64,000 nt of DNA from Chrysomallon squamiferum. Its lineage: Eukaryota > Animalia > Mollusca. The notes beneath the pieces were generated by a model, which ran no database searches, was not told the DNA's origin, and saw only the letters and a list, made by a program, of their open reading frames with translations. The stretch is from assembly GCA_012295275.1 (NCBI GenBank), contig CM022671.1:31186001-31250000 (forward strand). The letters run 5' to 3'. Both the position numbers and the translations under genes were made by a program. Position 1 is the stretch's first letter, and every line of letters begins with the position of its first letter. Shown piece by piece: positions 15,966 to 31,350 of this stretch.

Positions 15966-16825
15966 TACACATTTCACACACTAGTATATACAAAAGAATA
16001 TGTAAAAGAATAAAAGAAATGACGTATTTTCAAAATAGATATATCTTACAGTGACTTGTGATACTGAAATATTATTTGAAAATATAAAAATTTAAAATAA
16101 AAAATTTTTAAAAAGGGACTAAAACACCAATACATTTAAAATGTGATTTAATCGTAGGAGACACAAATTCTGTATTAAACAAAACATGTTTTTCTTTCTT
16201 CGTTCATTTTTTTTTTTTTTTTTTTACCTTAACCCTAATACTAAAATTTATTATGTTTCCTTTGCTACTGTTTATTTGACTTTGGTCTTAACTTTCCAAC
16301 ACTCGTTAACCAAAGACATATTTGTATGTATGTATGTTTCTATCTGTCTAGCTATAGATATATATTTCGATAGATAGATACGGACAGACATACATACATA
16401 TATTCATATACATACATACATACATACATACATACATACATACATACATACATACATACACACTTTAAATTATCCTTCACTCGTTGATCAAATACCAACG
16501 ATTAATTTAATCAGATTCGTACATTTCTTTATGTAAATAACTAACTCATTATGTCTCTTTATTTCTATCTGCCAAACTGCGTACTTGCGCAAAAATATGT
16601 TTAAGTATATAAAAGGTCCTTAACACACATTCATTTCATCTACAGGTAAGAGGACAAACACGTGACGCACTCTGTGAATGCGTTATTTCCCGCTTTATAT
16701 TAACGGTAATTTATTTTTAAACACCATTGTTTGAATTATTTATACAGATAATACACTGACACTGGCATGTTGGCTGAAGTATTTTCTTCCGCTGTGTGTA
16801 TATTTGCATGTATTTGACATGTGTT

Positions 16826-16871
<46 letters not shown>

Positions 16872-16996
16872 TATATATAATGTGTATAATGAGTGTGTGT
16901 TAAGGAAGACAGAATAAATATTTAATTTAACTACATTTCAAAGCAATATAATTTAATAGTTATTAGTGACAGATACAGAGACAGTTAATAGATACC

Positions 16997-17061
16997 GAAA
17001 AGAAAATGGCTGCTGCCACTCAATGGGCCCTTTTATCGATTAGCAGCAAAGTAGCTTTTAC
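16997..17061 (-). mobile_element. Short internal fragment of the same SINE family
   Basis: GAAAAGAAAATGGCTGCTGCCAC..ATGGGCCCTTTTATCGATTAGCAGCAAAGTAGCTTTTA aligns loosely with 48847-48903 (shared CTTTTATC..TAGCAG.AA) and with the Meta-domain-like core as I recall it. Confidence 0.45.
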
Positions 17062-17129
17062 TAAACTGAACGTGTATCTGCATGAGTTTGTGGGTGTATG
17101 TGTAAACATGTGTTTGTGTGTGTGTGTGT

Positions 17130-17160
<31 letters not shown>

Positions 17161-18002
17161 TAAGTGAATTTTTTTAATCAAATCCCAGATATCTTTGACA
17201 ATTATGAATCGCATCAGGTGATGTTCATGAAGGAACATTCAGCTCAGTAAAGGAAATAAGAAACATAATATAGATAATCTAATACATCTGTGGGTAAAAT
17301 AATTACGGTGTTATTGAGAACAGTAGTATAAATGATTAGCTGTTGCTGCTACTGATAATGACAATGACAACGTCGATGACGACGGAAATGTTTAATATTA
17401 ACAGCAATCATTATTGTCGTTGGTGTGTTTGTTCTAAATATAGCTAAGCTAAGTAACGTTGCATATAATAATAATAATAGAATGATGATGATCATGACGT
17501 CGACGAACTGTAACACACCTTGACCGACCTTTTCATTCATTGTCGTGTCGTTTATTTTTAGAGCAGAAATTACTGCCACAGCTGCGGTAATACTGGCACA
17601 GTATGTTGTCATAATAAAATGGCCGCCGGTGTTAATTTGAATTCCACCGCTGCAGACGAACAATGACGTACCAAAAGGTCCATTTTAACAGAACAGTGTT
17701 AACACGCTATAAACCAGAAACTGACATTTTAGGTCAGTGAATGATAATAATTTAAAATCGTAAACCCGTTGTGTGTTTTTCATTGGCTGATTGTTTCATT
17801 TGGCGATGTTAATAATAATTGTTTGACTGATTTCATTGGTTTTGCGCGTCTCCCTGGATATTTGCACGGACGGAACCAATACGTGGCTTCAGGGGGTTGC
17901 AGGATGGATAGAGTCTTCTGATAATCACCATAAAACTATCATAACATCACTATTCTTGTTATTTGGTTATTATCATTTGTAATTCTTCTTCTATAACTTT
18001 TT

Positions 18003-18050
<48 letters not shown>

Positions 18051-18522
18051 TTGCTTTGTTGTTATTTAGATTTATTAATTTTTATTTATTTATTTTATTT
18101 TATTTCTTTGTTTGTTTATTTGTTTGTTTATTTATTTTCCTTTCTTTTTTAAAGGTCAATGTACTCCTGATAATCTGCGTAACGCCCAAAATAACCTCTC
18201 CCCTGCGGCTACACATATCGTAAAATGCTAGACTGTTACTTTATTATTAACAAACAGCTGGAAGTCTACAAAATAAGGGGATAAAATGTAGCGCAACACT
18301 TGATGTGTCACCAGTCACCAAAGATACACGGGATAATTACCAGTAATAGCATATTATTTATTATTTATTATCAGCTGGATCATCATAAATTATGATAATA
18401 AAATTCAACAGTAACAGGAAATGTTATAATGTCTATTTTTTTTTTTTTTTTTTTTTAGATGGTTTACGGTTATGTTCAGTAAATAAGATTTTGCGTGTAT
18501 ATATGTCCTCTGTATCTTGTTT

Positions 18523-18586
<64 letters not shown>

Positions 18587-19608
18587 AAATTTATATATTT
18601 TATTTTTATTTTATTTTATTTTATTCACCTGATTGAATATCCAATTAATCATAAAACAAATTTCGCTTTATCATTCGTTATCAAGCTTATTTTAAGGATG
18701 CTTATGTACGACTGAAACACATTTGAATAATTTATGACACAGACATTGCACACCAGTTAGTAAATTATTAAAATGTTTGACATTATGGGTTTCGCATGGA
18801 ATTTTCATCAACGTTTCATATACGTGGAAATTTATTAATATGTACGCAGAAGTTGATCCAACTTTAGGAAAGGTAGAACAATCATTCTGTAAATATTATT
18901 AGTAGTAGACGAAATAAATTCGATATGATATTATTACTGTTGTTGTTGTTGTTGTTGTGGTTCTTGTTTGTGTTGTTGTTTATAAACGGCCGACAGCAAA
19001 AATAAGATCCATTATCTGGATTCGTGGATGAATACAATAATCACGAAGGCAAACAAAACAGAAAGGAAAAGAGAAAAAAATTACTAAAATTGAGAAGAAA
19101 AAAAAAATGAAGGGAAGGGGGAAAAAGAAAAGCAAGAAAATTTAAAATAAATAAATAAATAAATAGATAAATTAAAAAAAAAAAAAAAAATAAAGAGAGA
19201 GAGAGAAAACAAAAATGGAAAGACAAAATGTAAAAATAAATGAATTTTTTTTTTCTTGCACATAATTATACACTACGAATGAAAACCGTCTGATGCATGC
19301 ACAGTCCCAGTTCATCAATGATGGATGTCATCCTTGACACACTTGTCACGCGTGCTCCTATCGCAGCGCCACCTGTGAGATGCAGACGACCATCTCAGAT
19401 GTCAATGCGCCTGCTGGGATAGCAAACCGAGTCGTTAGAAAGCGTGGGACGTGATTATTATTAATAACACTCTGAACTTGCTTACAATACAAAACTCTCC
19501 GCTTACGCTGTGTAATCAAATTCCTAGACACAACAGGACAGTTAATAATTTTTCATTCGAGAAAAACAACAGTAATAGGAAAACACGTTAAATGTTTGTT
19601 TTTTTTTT

Positions 19609-19650
<42 letters not shown>

Positions 19651-20019
19651 TTTTTTTTTGGTTTTGTTTTTTAAACTGAAAATAAAAAGATAAATATAAA
19701 ATTAAAATTAATTAATTAATTGACAAATGAATAAATAAGTATATGATACTAGTAGCAGCAACAATAGTAACAATTATTAGTACTAGCAGTTGTAGTTGTA
19801 GCAGTAGCGGTGGCGGTGGTGGGAGTTATGCTGGTAGTAATAATTGTAACTGCAGCAATACTAGTGGTGGTGGTGGTGGTAGTTGTTGCGGTTGTTGCAG
19901 TAATAATAGAGGTGATGATGGTGCAGGTAAATGGAAGGATGAAATGCTAAAATCACTATTACACTGAACTGCATAATAATCCGTTCGTTGCATTTTATGA
20001 TGTTTGTTTTTCTTCTTCT

Positions 20020-20050
<31 letters not shown>

Positions 20051-20385
20051 CTGGCTATTGCTACATGTACTAGTGTATAATAACGTTGCAGCATGTCAAG
20101 GTTGTTCTCGTATGAACTGTCAGGTGCTGACGGGGTTGTATATTGTGGGTCACGAATACGTTGGCTTGTGTCACGTTGTTCGGTCTTTCACCACAGACGG
20201 CTGCGGGGTAAACGACGCAATAAATTTCAAAAACAACAACAACAACAACAACAACAAATATTATAATGAAGCATTTGCACAAATTTCCTCCAGTCAGCAT
20301 ATGACAGTTTCCAAAGAATATCCATATATGTAAATATATATGCCAGCATGTGTGTGTGTTGTGTGTATGTGTCTATATACATACA

Positions 20386-20421
<36 letters not shown>

Positions 20422-20752
20422 TATATACACACAGATAGATATGTATATTATTTTATGAATATATCTGCGTATTTAGCTACTTTTTGGCTACTACGAGTAT
20501 TTATATCTGTGTTCTTTGTACAGAAATATAGCATGATAATTTTATGTGTACATGAATGTATGTTTGTATGCCTGTAAATATACTGGTAAAGACATGTACC
20601 ACTCGTATCTAGACACGTGTTACATCAATGCGGTGAAAAACACATTAACACTGTACTTTGTTTCATTGAACATTATTAGTATGTGTTCAGCTTGTGCCAC
20701 ATCTAACGAGTAAATTGTGTGAATGAAGCATAGAGAAAGATTGTGGAATTAT

Positions 20753-20842
<90 letters not shown>

Positions 20843-21005
20843 CAGACAGACAGACAGACAGACAGACAGAGACTGTATTTTCTTCGTCATATAATATTAG
20901 TCAATATGAATATTAGGTTATTCATTCTCATTAGCTTTATCCAAGATGTAATCAACTAATGATTTGTAATTCTAATAAAAATAATAAAAAAAAAAAAAAA
21001 AAAAA

Positions 21006-21060
<55 letters not shown>

Positions 21061-21210
21061 TATTGTTGTGGTGATGGTTTATGTTATACGAAGCCATTCT
21101 GTTACTATGGTGGTTTACCAAACAAACGTATTTCCACAGAAACAGGAATTTTAATAATAATAACTTTGTCCATCTTTGCCAGTATGTTCGCGAATATTAA
21201 CTATGTTCAC

Positions 21211-21260
<50 letters not shown>

Positions 21261-22442
21261 CGCGCACGCATAAGGGTTCATCATATGTGTTATTTCTAAC
21301 CTTCCCATCATTACGTGCACTCGTTTCCTTCCTCGCTCCTGGACAATACACTGTGAACTCTGACCTCAGCAATTCCTTGCAGGAAAAAGTCAATTACTCC
21401 CGTATCACAACGTGTCCCATTACCAAGACAGATGAGGAAATTATTGCAATATAAAACACTGTGCTTGTTTCGTTGGTTGTGTCGTCCAGTAAGCCTGTGG
21501 TCATCTGGTGCGTCTGTTTCCATAATTCGACCACACTGTTTTGCGTCCACGACAACGACGATAATGATGATGACAAAAACGATAATGATTAAAATGATGA
21601 TTGATTTGATTGATAATTATTAGGATAATGGTGGTGTTTGATGATGTGAAAGTGATGATGATGATGATGATAATGATGATGGCGATCTTTATGATTGTGG
21701 TGACTTTGGTTGTAGTAAATTGACCTTTTAATGATTATTGATAATGAATGTACAGACTTACACAGACTTACACATACAAACACACGCGTAAAAATCAGTA
21801 ATTTCAAATTTAACTTCAATATCAGTAAATTCTGCTTTTCTTCTTTTATTTTCGGCAAAGATCTGCCTGTAGACTCTACGCAATCCAAGCCAAGACGCAA
21901 ATGTAAGGCATACATACAAATTGTATCATTAGAAACCGAAACATTTAGCAGACGTCTCGTTTCTGCTAATCTTAAACCACCGAACGTTTTACTGCAGACA
22001 AATTTTTTCCTCATTCTACCGATCACATTTCTCGGCAATCGTTCTGTCAAATAAACAATTGATATCCTAGATCTACTTTATGCTTTCTTTACAAAACCCT
22101 GATTTTCTTTATTACTTTTTCTTTTCTTGTTTATGATTAGCATCTCAGCCTCTCAATGGCGTGTATGCGATTATGTGGCCGGCTAACGCTAACTAACGTT
22201 GCTTCCAGCTATGTTTAGAAAATTTACGAGCCTCGATTCAGCCAGCCCCAAGTACGCGAGGCGAAGAAGAGTACCGCGTGCCTGGTCAACGACCGCAGCT
22301 CACACAGGCCTGGCGGGGTTGCAGACGACTTTTACGTTTTTGGTTGTAGTGCGCCGCCGAGATAATTGGAGCACGCGAGAAAGACGTAATGTGACTGCAG
22401 ACTGGATACCCGTCCATTTTTTCTTTTTTCTTTGTTCTTTTT

Positions 22443-22473
<31 letters not shown>

Positions 22474-24419
22474 TTATTATTGTTATTTTTATTGCTGTTG
22501 TTGTTGTTCTTCTTCTTCTTCTTCGGTTGTTGTTGTCTCAATGAGGTTGACATTGTCGTGTCGTTGCTGTCGTCTTTGCCTTGCCAGCATTCTGCTGTTT
22601 TATTTCTTGTGGTTCTTCATCATCATCACATTTTTCCATCTTCTCCTTTTACTTCTTTTCTTTCTACCGTTTTTGTTCACCTTTGTTTGAAGGACGTTTC
22701 TGTTGTGTTTTTTTTCCGTTTCGTCTTCTATTTCTTATCATTATTATTACTGTTGTTGTTGCTGCTGCTGTTATTATTATTATGTGCTTCACTATTCTTT
22801 ATTCCGTTCTAAGTTATTTTTTATATAATCTTTCATTGCTTCTTTCTTCTTTTTTTTTTTCCTCTTCTCTTTCTTTTTTCTTTTTTTATTTCCTTCTATT
22901 TTTTTATTTTTTATTTTGTTTTATTTTATTTTTGATGATTATTCGCCGTTATTCATTTCCATTTCATTTATTTTTCCTCTTTCAATAACGATATGGTATT
23001 CACTTGTTTATTTCTTCATTCGTTATTTTTCTTTTTCTCCTTCTTTTTTTTTCACATTAATCATTTCCTATCCACTTCTTTTGGGAAATAAAAGACAATA
23101 ATTTGAATTCATAAATGTCTCAAAACTGACATTTTGTTATTACCATCAGTTACAACAGAAATAACTGAGACAAATCACACAACCATCGAGATGACAATTT
23201 GTTTTCTTTAATTTTTAATTCCATACAAACATATATACATACATACATACATACATACAAACATACGTATATACATATATACATACATACATGTATACAT
23301 ACAGATATACATATATACATACAGATATAGATTGAGAGACAGAGATATATAGACAGACAGACAGACAGAGAGAGAGATAGATAGATAGATGTATACGTAT
23401 GTGTGTATGTGTATGAATATATCTGTGTATGTATGTATGTATGTATGTATGTATGTATGTATGTATGTTTTCATCTGTCGCTACGTCTAAATCTGAGCCT
23501 AATCTTCAACATTTAAACGACACAAGGCCATTGCCTTAAACACACCAGCATTAACCCAATAATCTGACCCCGGCGACATTGGAATTTCTCCACATACAAT
23601 ATACTACGCGAAATATCGATCGTGCGGAGGCTGGAAATATCAAAGTGTCCACGCGTATTGATTGGAGTTAGTACTACAACCTACAAATAACTTACACACT
23701 TTGGCAGCTTGCCAAGGGTCTGGGAACAGAAAAAAAAAAATATCAAACCACGTAACTCAATGAAAAAGATCCAACATACACAGAAAAGCAGACGATGTAA
23801 CGGGCGATGTAAAAAAAAAAAATAATAAAAAATAAAAAAAATTAACATGGTCTTCACATGGACAAGATTTTCGTTTTGAAATAATTTAGTTTTTCAGGAT
23901 TTGCAAAAAAAAATATCAGCCTGAGGAGAAAAAGGATGATGGTGCGACATGAACTAACTACTCGCGTATGTTTCCAATACGGAATCTAAGTCTCCTTTCC
24001 ATCATCCGAAGCCATTTTGTTTTGCGCTTGGATTTGTTAGCGACATTATGCTGTTACGTTTTATGTAATACTGTCGTAACTTGGTGGCCACCACTGCTGA
24101 TTACAAACTGCTGGAAATCTCCTTAATCACAGTGAGGTTTAGTCTGGGTCCTTCAGTGGACATTACACTGGTCAGTGAAATATGACAGAAGTAATAAAAA
24201 TAAAGAAACCTTTGTACGAATCCATTTATCAGTATGTAACAATATATGTATGTACCTGAAGACGTAACTAAATATGGACTGATGAGTGTAGGCATATTTT
24301 GTTTAGCTGTACATTTAGACACACGCACATACAAACATACATCCGCATATGCCCACATACATACAGACTCGTTCAGAGAAAGACCGACAGTTAAACTGGC
24401 GTGTACACATATATACCTT

Positions 24420-24764
<345 letters not shown>

Positions 24765-26400
24765 TATGCGTACAACAAATAAAATACAGAGATATATATT
24801 TATGGCTATATATATGAACGAAAACCCGATGTAAAGACCATAACAAACACGTGTTACTCTATCTAATTGTAGTGTTGGCGTTATAATTATTGATTTCCTA
24901 ATTTTTTTTTTTTTTTTTTTTTTCGGAAGCACAACTGTTCAGCTATGTTTCTTCGTTCTTAGAGAACAATCGCAAACAGTGCACGCAGAATGCAGAACAA
25001 AAAAAAGATCAAATTTCATTCCATCGCATTCGCGTAGGCGAAACCTTTCCAGCAGCAAAACCCCCCGACGACTTTGTTTTCTTCTTCTTCTTCTTTTTCT
25101 TAAAAAATAAATGTCAAAGAGTGAGAGAGAAACAGATTGGAGACATGTTTAATGCAAATATAAAAAAAAAAAAAAAATAACAATTAAGAAAATTGATAAA
25201 GTGAAATGTCATTTTTGATTTTAAGTCGAAGATTGTCGCCGATATTTCTTCTCAAAATGCAATTTCTATTTCAGATAATATCTACGTCTTTCTCTGAACG
25301 TATACTTCTGCATGTACGTATGTAAGTATGTATGTATGTGGGTATGTGGGTATGTGCGGATGTGTGTTTGTGTGTACGTATGTCTAAATGTATAGCTAAC
25401 AAATTATGATTACATATATCAATCCGTATATAGTTATGTAATAAGGTACGTACATATATTAGTGTATACTTAATCAAAGATTAATAGATTCTAAAAAAAT
25501 ATAATATAATTATTATTATCATAATCAACATTATTATTATTATTATCATTATATTATTATTATTTTAATTATTATTATTGTTACTACTTCTACTAGTACT
25601 ACTACTACTACTACTACTACTACTATTTCAGAACAAAGAGCCAGTATTAGTATCAGATTATCTACAAAGGGAAAATAAATTTCATATTAACTATGAAATG
25701 GAAGCGAATCTGTATTGTGTGTGATGTAGACATTTTCGAATTTGTTGTGTTAAAATAGTTTTAGAATTAGACACAAGATTCACTGAGATCTGGCAAAGCG
25801 GCGGTATTAAGTGGCGACCTTAGTACCTCCCAAACTTAACCCAGCTGCTTAACCAATGCATCACCAACACTGATAGTTTAACCGTTTAGTTCGGAAAAAG
25901 AGTTTAGCTTTGACGCAGCAGTCTGGTATCATCAGACACACAACCTCGCATCATGGGTTTGACACCGATCAGGACAGAGTTTATCAGAGTTGCTTGAATA
26001 ATGAAAAATAACACACGTCTCTCTAGCGTTAGACTAGGGTCGAAACCAGGATCCGATCCCAGACCCTGTTGGAACTCTGGAGCGAGCGCGCACGAGGAGG
26101 CTGGACTAAAGAAGCCGTCGATGCTGTTTGATTTTCAGTAACGACGTCTACACAACACGACCCGACTCGCGAAGTGCCGAGTAGTGCAGTTTGTCGCATG
26201 GCAACGCGAGATGAAAACGTTCACATGGGACAGAAATAGCTCCAAGACAGAGTTTTTCAGATAACCAGATTGTCTCACTTTCACAGAGAGAGAGAGTCCT
26301 GTCTACGTAATACAACCGATTTATTCATTACTCTCGTGTACGCACGAAGATGGAAGGACCGAGTTGTGTGTGGGATGTATGTCTATAATAATTATGGCGA

Positions 26401-26504
26401 GCTGGCTGGCTGGCTGGCTGGCTGGATGGATGGATGGATGGATGGATGGATGGATGGATGGATGGATGGCTGGATGGCTGGATGGATGGCTGGATGGATG
26501 GATG
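26401..26504. repeat. (GGCT)n/(GGAT)n tetranucleotide repeat
   Basis: Visible simple repeat. Confidence 0.95.
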
Positions 26505-26625
26505 GAGATCTGTATCAGTACAGTTGACTTCATCTTCCACTTAGCAAAATGTGAATCGCGTGCCTTTAATTATCTGTTGTTGTTTTACTATATAAATATT
26601 TATTACTATTGTTTTATTATATCCT

Positions 26626-26708
<83 letters not shown>

Positions 26709-26792
26709 CCTTGACATCGCTTTCTATTCACCATTTCCAATTATAAAATATTTATCAGTTAATAAAATATCTTAACCTAGATAATTAAACAC

Positions 26793-26857
<65 letters not shown>

Positions 26858-27648
26858 AGCAAGAGAGAGATCAGCAAAGAAAAGAAAGAATAAATAACAG
26901 ACAGACAGAAAGAAAGTGAAGGGGATGCACACACAACGCACAGATACAACGCAAACGTACACAAAGAAGCGTGTCAGAAAACCTGACCTCGAAAACGAAA
27001 AGTAGGTCAGCAGATGAAAGAGATTCAACGACTCTACGCAATTCGTCTAAGACATCGACCAAAACATTACCCTGTGTACACACAGACGAAAAAAAAAAAA
27101 AAAAAAAAAATTAGATCAAGTGGATGTATCGATCATCGACTAGAGAAGCCTGTATCGATGTCCACTCTTTCAAGAACTGTGTACTCAAGGAAGAGAGAGG
27201 CAGGTATCGATAAACGGTTTCCAAGTGACCTAGTGTCCTTTTTTTTTTTTTTTTTTTTTATTCATACTCCCGAAGATTTTGTTTTAGGGTTTCGTAAATG
27301 CCAGCCATTGATTACCACCGCTCAGCCTGGAGCTGTGTCAATACAAGACACTTCACCCACTTTCGTATCAGCACTCGAGGCCTGCTGCCCTTTGTGAAAT
27401 CCAGCGAGGAAAGGATAAAAAAGAATGTCTGTTCGATGACGTCTCGTCAGTGCGTCTGATCAGAAGAAGTGTGTCAGTGCGTTCACTTCCATTCTCCGTC
27501 GACATCGTCGTCGTCATCACGGGCGGGTGGCAGGCGGGCTCACAACTGGGTTTCGTTCACACAGCAAACACGCTGCTGCAGCCCAGTTCACGACGATGTT
27601 TTGTGGCTTGACGTTAAGTGGCGCCTTGGGTTTTAGTCTTAGTAACAT

Positions 27649-27832
27649 TGTGACTGAGTTCCTGGTTGCCCTGTGACACAATTCCTGGTCGTTCTATAAT
27701 GCAGCCCTTGACCGTGTTAATATACGTGTGTGCTCTGTGATTCAGTCCCTGGTTGCCCCGTGACACAATTCCTGGTTGCTCTATGACTCAATTTCTGGTT
27801 GCCCTGTGAGCCAATTCCTGGTCGTTCTATAT
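27649..27832. repeat. Degenerate 23-bp minisatellite (AATTCCTGGTTGCCCTGTGACAC), ~7-8 units
   Basis: YCTGG core at 27661 and 27684, then 27748, 27771, 27794 and 27817 (23-bp steps), with decayed units between the two runs. Confidence 0.85.
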
Positions 27833-28239
27833 ACTGGGCTAAGTTTTGACTGTATAACTGTGGGCTGATACTTAATCTCCTGCTAGCTGGTAATGTTGGT
27901 TCCTGGTAAAGTTCTGCATTGAATTCATTCCTAGTGGCACTGAGGACCAATTACTGCTTGTGGTTTGGCCTTGGCATAGTTCGTAATACTATCTGTGCTC
28001 GGTTGAAGATGACACTTTATGAATGTGTCACAGAATCGTTTATATGTCAGTTTACTTTTATTTATATATCACTTACTTATTCCTGATTTATTACTGAAGC
28101 GGTTTAAGATTTTAAATAATGTCACGTGCCAGAGTTTCGGTATGGTAAAGTTTTATTTAGCTGAAACCATGAGACACTTACTGATAATGTCTTAGGTTCA
28201 TTCTGCTCTGCCACCTTCGTGATAAGGCTGGATATAAAC

Positions 28240-28336
28240 GGCATAGTGTCTGCAGCTGACAGTGTGGTGTCTGCAAATGATAACGTAATGTCTGCAAATA
28301 ATCGCATGGTGTCTGCAAATGATAATGGTACATCTG
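28240..28336. repeat. Degenerate 21-bp minisatellite, ~4.5 units
   Basis: TGTCTGCA at 28247, 28268, 28289 and 28310 (exact 21-bp period). Confidence 0.85.
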
Positions 28337-28987
28337 GTCGACTTAAGTGACGTAGACTCTGCAAGTGATGACGTCATTTAGCAAAATAATTAATTAAGTA
28401 TTCTATATGAGGTACGTTCTAGCAGTACGAAAGAAGGAGCTAAACTTTAAATAAATACGTCAGTAAATTCATATAATGTTAACCAAACAACGAACACTGT
28501 CAAACAGAATTCAACGACTTGTGAACTATGTGTGTGTACATACATATATATTATTTGTATGACAATTTCATGGCAAAGGTGGACATATGAATGCAAATTT
28601 GACGTTCGCACGTATAAACACTGCATTGTAAGCACATTTTGGTTCAGCATATTCGATTACGAACAAAACAACAAAGCCATATTATTCAGAGGATACAAAG
28701 TAATTTTCAAACAGAGATTAAGAACAAATGTACAGGACAAGCAACATATCATATAGGTCTTTAATTCTTAGTGAAAATGAATTTCCATAGTATTGTATCA
28801 ATATATTTTAATCTTTCCGCAGAAAAGTATCTATCACAGGATATCATATTCACAGACATTTGTAGTTTAAGAACTAAAATATTTTAGACGTAGACTTCGA
28901 GTAGATTTAGTAAAAGTGTATAAATTATATACTTACTTCATACTTATAGATGCTATACGCAAATTATTAAAGTTTCTAATTTCTTTG

Positions 28988-29130
<143 letters not shown>

Positions 29131-29414
29131 CTCTTTCTCCCTGCATCTCCTCTATATTTATATATTGATTTTGCACTCCCATTAATCTTCGTTCACGGTT
29201 CACTGGGGCATAATATAAACACAGGAAAGCAGTCTTAATTACAAAAATGCAGTCGACCATGATGCCTATTACCTGTAAAGGTGACCAAAATTTCCTTTTG
29301 CACCTGTCATTGTCGGCCTTGGAAATTACCAATGTTTGTCATCATAATTAATTATGTTAACAACGGTCATTTATATTTATTTCAATATATATGAGTGTAT
29401 GTGTGATATTTTTA

Positions 29415-29449
<35 letters not shown>

Positions 29450-29855
29450 CATACATACATACATACGCACACAGGCACACACACATACAAACATCTATAT
29501 TTATAAATTCACTTCATGTAAAGAATAACGTTTTAAAAACGAAAATATTACATGCAGGAGATGAAAAGAAAAAAAAGAAGAATTAATAAAACGAGCCATT
29601 AGTCTAGATTTATCATCAAGAACGACAACAACGTCAATATCATCAACAGCAGCAGACTCTGCATTATCATCATCATCACCATTATTATTATTATTATTAG
29701 TAGTAGTAGTAGTAGTAGTAGTAGTAGCAGTAGTAGTAGTAGTAGTAGTATAAAAAAACACAAGTATTTTCTTCATTTTTAGTAGTAGTTTTAGCATAAA
29801 CAAACAATTATTTTCTTCATTTTTCTCTTCTTTTCTATCTCGACTCTCTCTCACA

Positions 29856-29932
<77 letters not shown>

Positions 29933-30535
29933 TGTTTACTTTTCGCCAGTAATAAACAAAACAATGGGTGCTTGACAACGCCAAACGTCTCCTAGCGCGC
30001 AGTCTGCAAAACAGAACAAAAAACTCGGTCACAAATTGATTAAGACAAACTGTAAATATTTTTGTCTTTTTCGCACACAAGATATTGATAAACAATAGTT
30101 AACTGCGAGTGCAGAACTGTTAATGACACTGATACTGTTGTTCGCTTAAAAAAATAAATAAATAAGTAAATAAATAAGAAAATTAAAAAACAAAAACATA
30201 ATGATAATAATAATAAAATTGGATATAGATTTCATTTCGATCTGAAACAGAACACTTACGATTGAGTACAGAAGGCTGGGTGTGTATTTCAGTATGTGTG
30301 TATTTGGACGCATCAACACGCACACACAAAGAAGATATTCAGGCACTCATGCATAGTTACATACACACACAAACTTTTAAACCTCTCTCTATCTCTAAAA
30401 AAATGTCTACCTCTCCTCCTCAAACTCTTTCTCTCTCTCGTTCTCTCTTTCTGTTTCTGCGTATTTCTGTCTCCTTTTTCTCTCTCTCTCTCTGTCTATC
30501 TTTCTGTTCCTCCGTGTTCATTCCTCCCTCACTTG

Positions 30536-30625
<90 letters not shown>

Positions 30626-31236
30626 ACACCGCCGTGTTAATGACTGTTGTTACGAGTGTCCACTTTGTTTTGAACAGGTGTCGCAGATATTAATGAGCTT
30701 CTCCTGGGCAAGGTCGAATGCTGCACCCCAACGCCTTGAAAAGGAGAAAGCGTGAGGACGAGTTTGTTATAATGTGATGGTGTTTGTGTCCGATAAGACA
30801 CAGCTGCAACTGCCACGACGTGGACGTGAACTGTTCGTTCGTTAATCACGTCAATAATTAATGAACTTTTCATTTCATGTAAATATATTACCATTGTAAT
30901 TAGCCGCATCACGACAGCCTCTGTGCGTGTGTGCGTGTGTCTGTCTGTGTGTGTGTGTTTTCGAAGGCTTCACTCTGTGTGCGTGTGGGTATGTATGTAT
31001 GGAGTATACGTGTATGTGTATGTGTATGTGTATATATATGTATGTATGTGTGTGTGTGTTTGTGTATATATATGTATATACAAATAGGTGTGTGTATATG
31101 TGTGTGTGTATGTGTGTGTATCTGTATATGTGTGTATGTATGTATGTATATAAATGTGTGTGTGTGTGTGTAATATATATGGTAACAACAATCATTAATA
31201 ACAACACTTATTCTGAATTGATACTGAGACAGAGGG

Positions 31237-31350
<114 letters not shown>

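Noticed and set aside
25950-26075. B-box-like strings (GGTTTGACACC, GGGTCGAAACC) as a tRNA or SINE
   Set aside because: No A box at proper spacing and no cloverleaf.
27649-27832. Repeat cluster as a CRISPR array
   Set aside because: Contiguous tandem units without unique spacers, eukaryotic context, and no cas genes.
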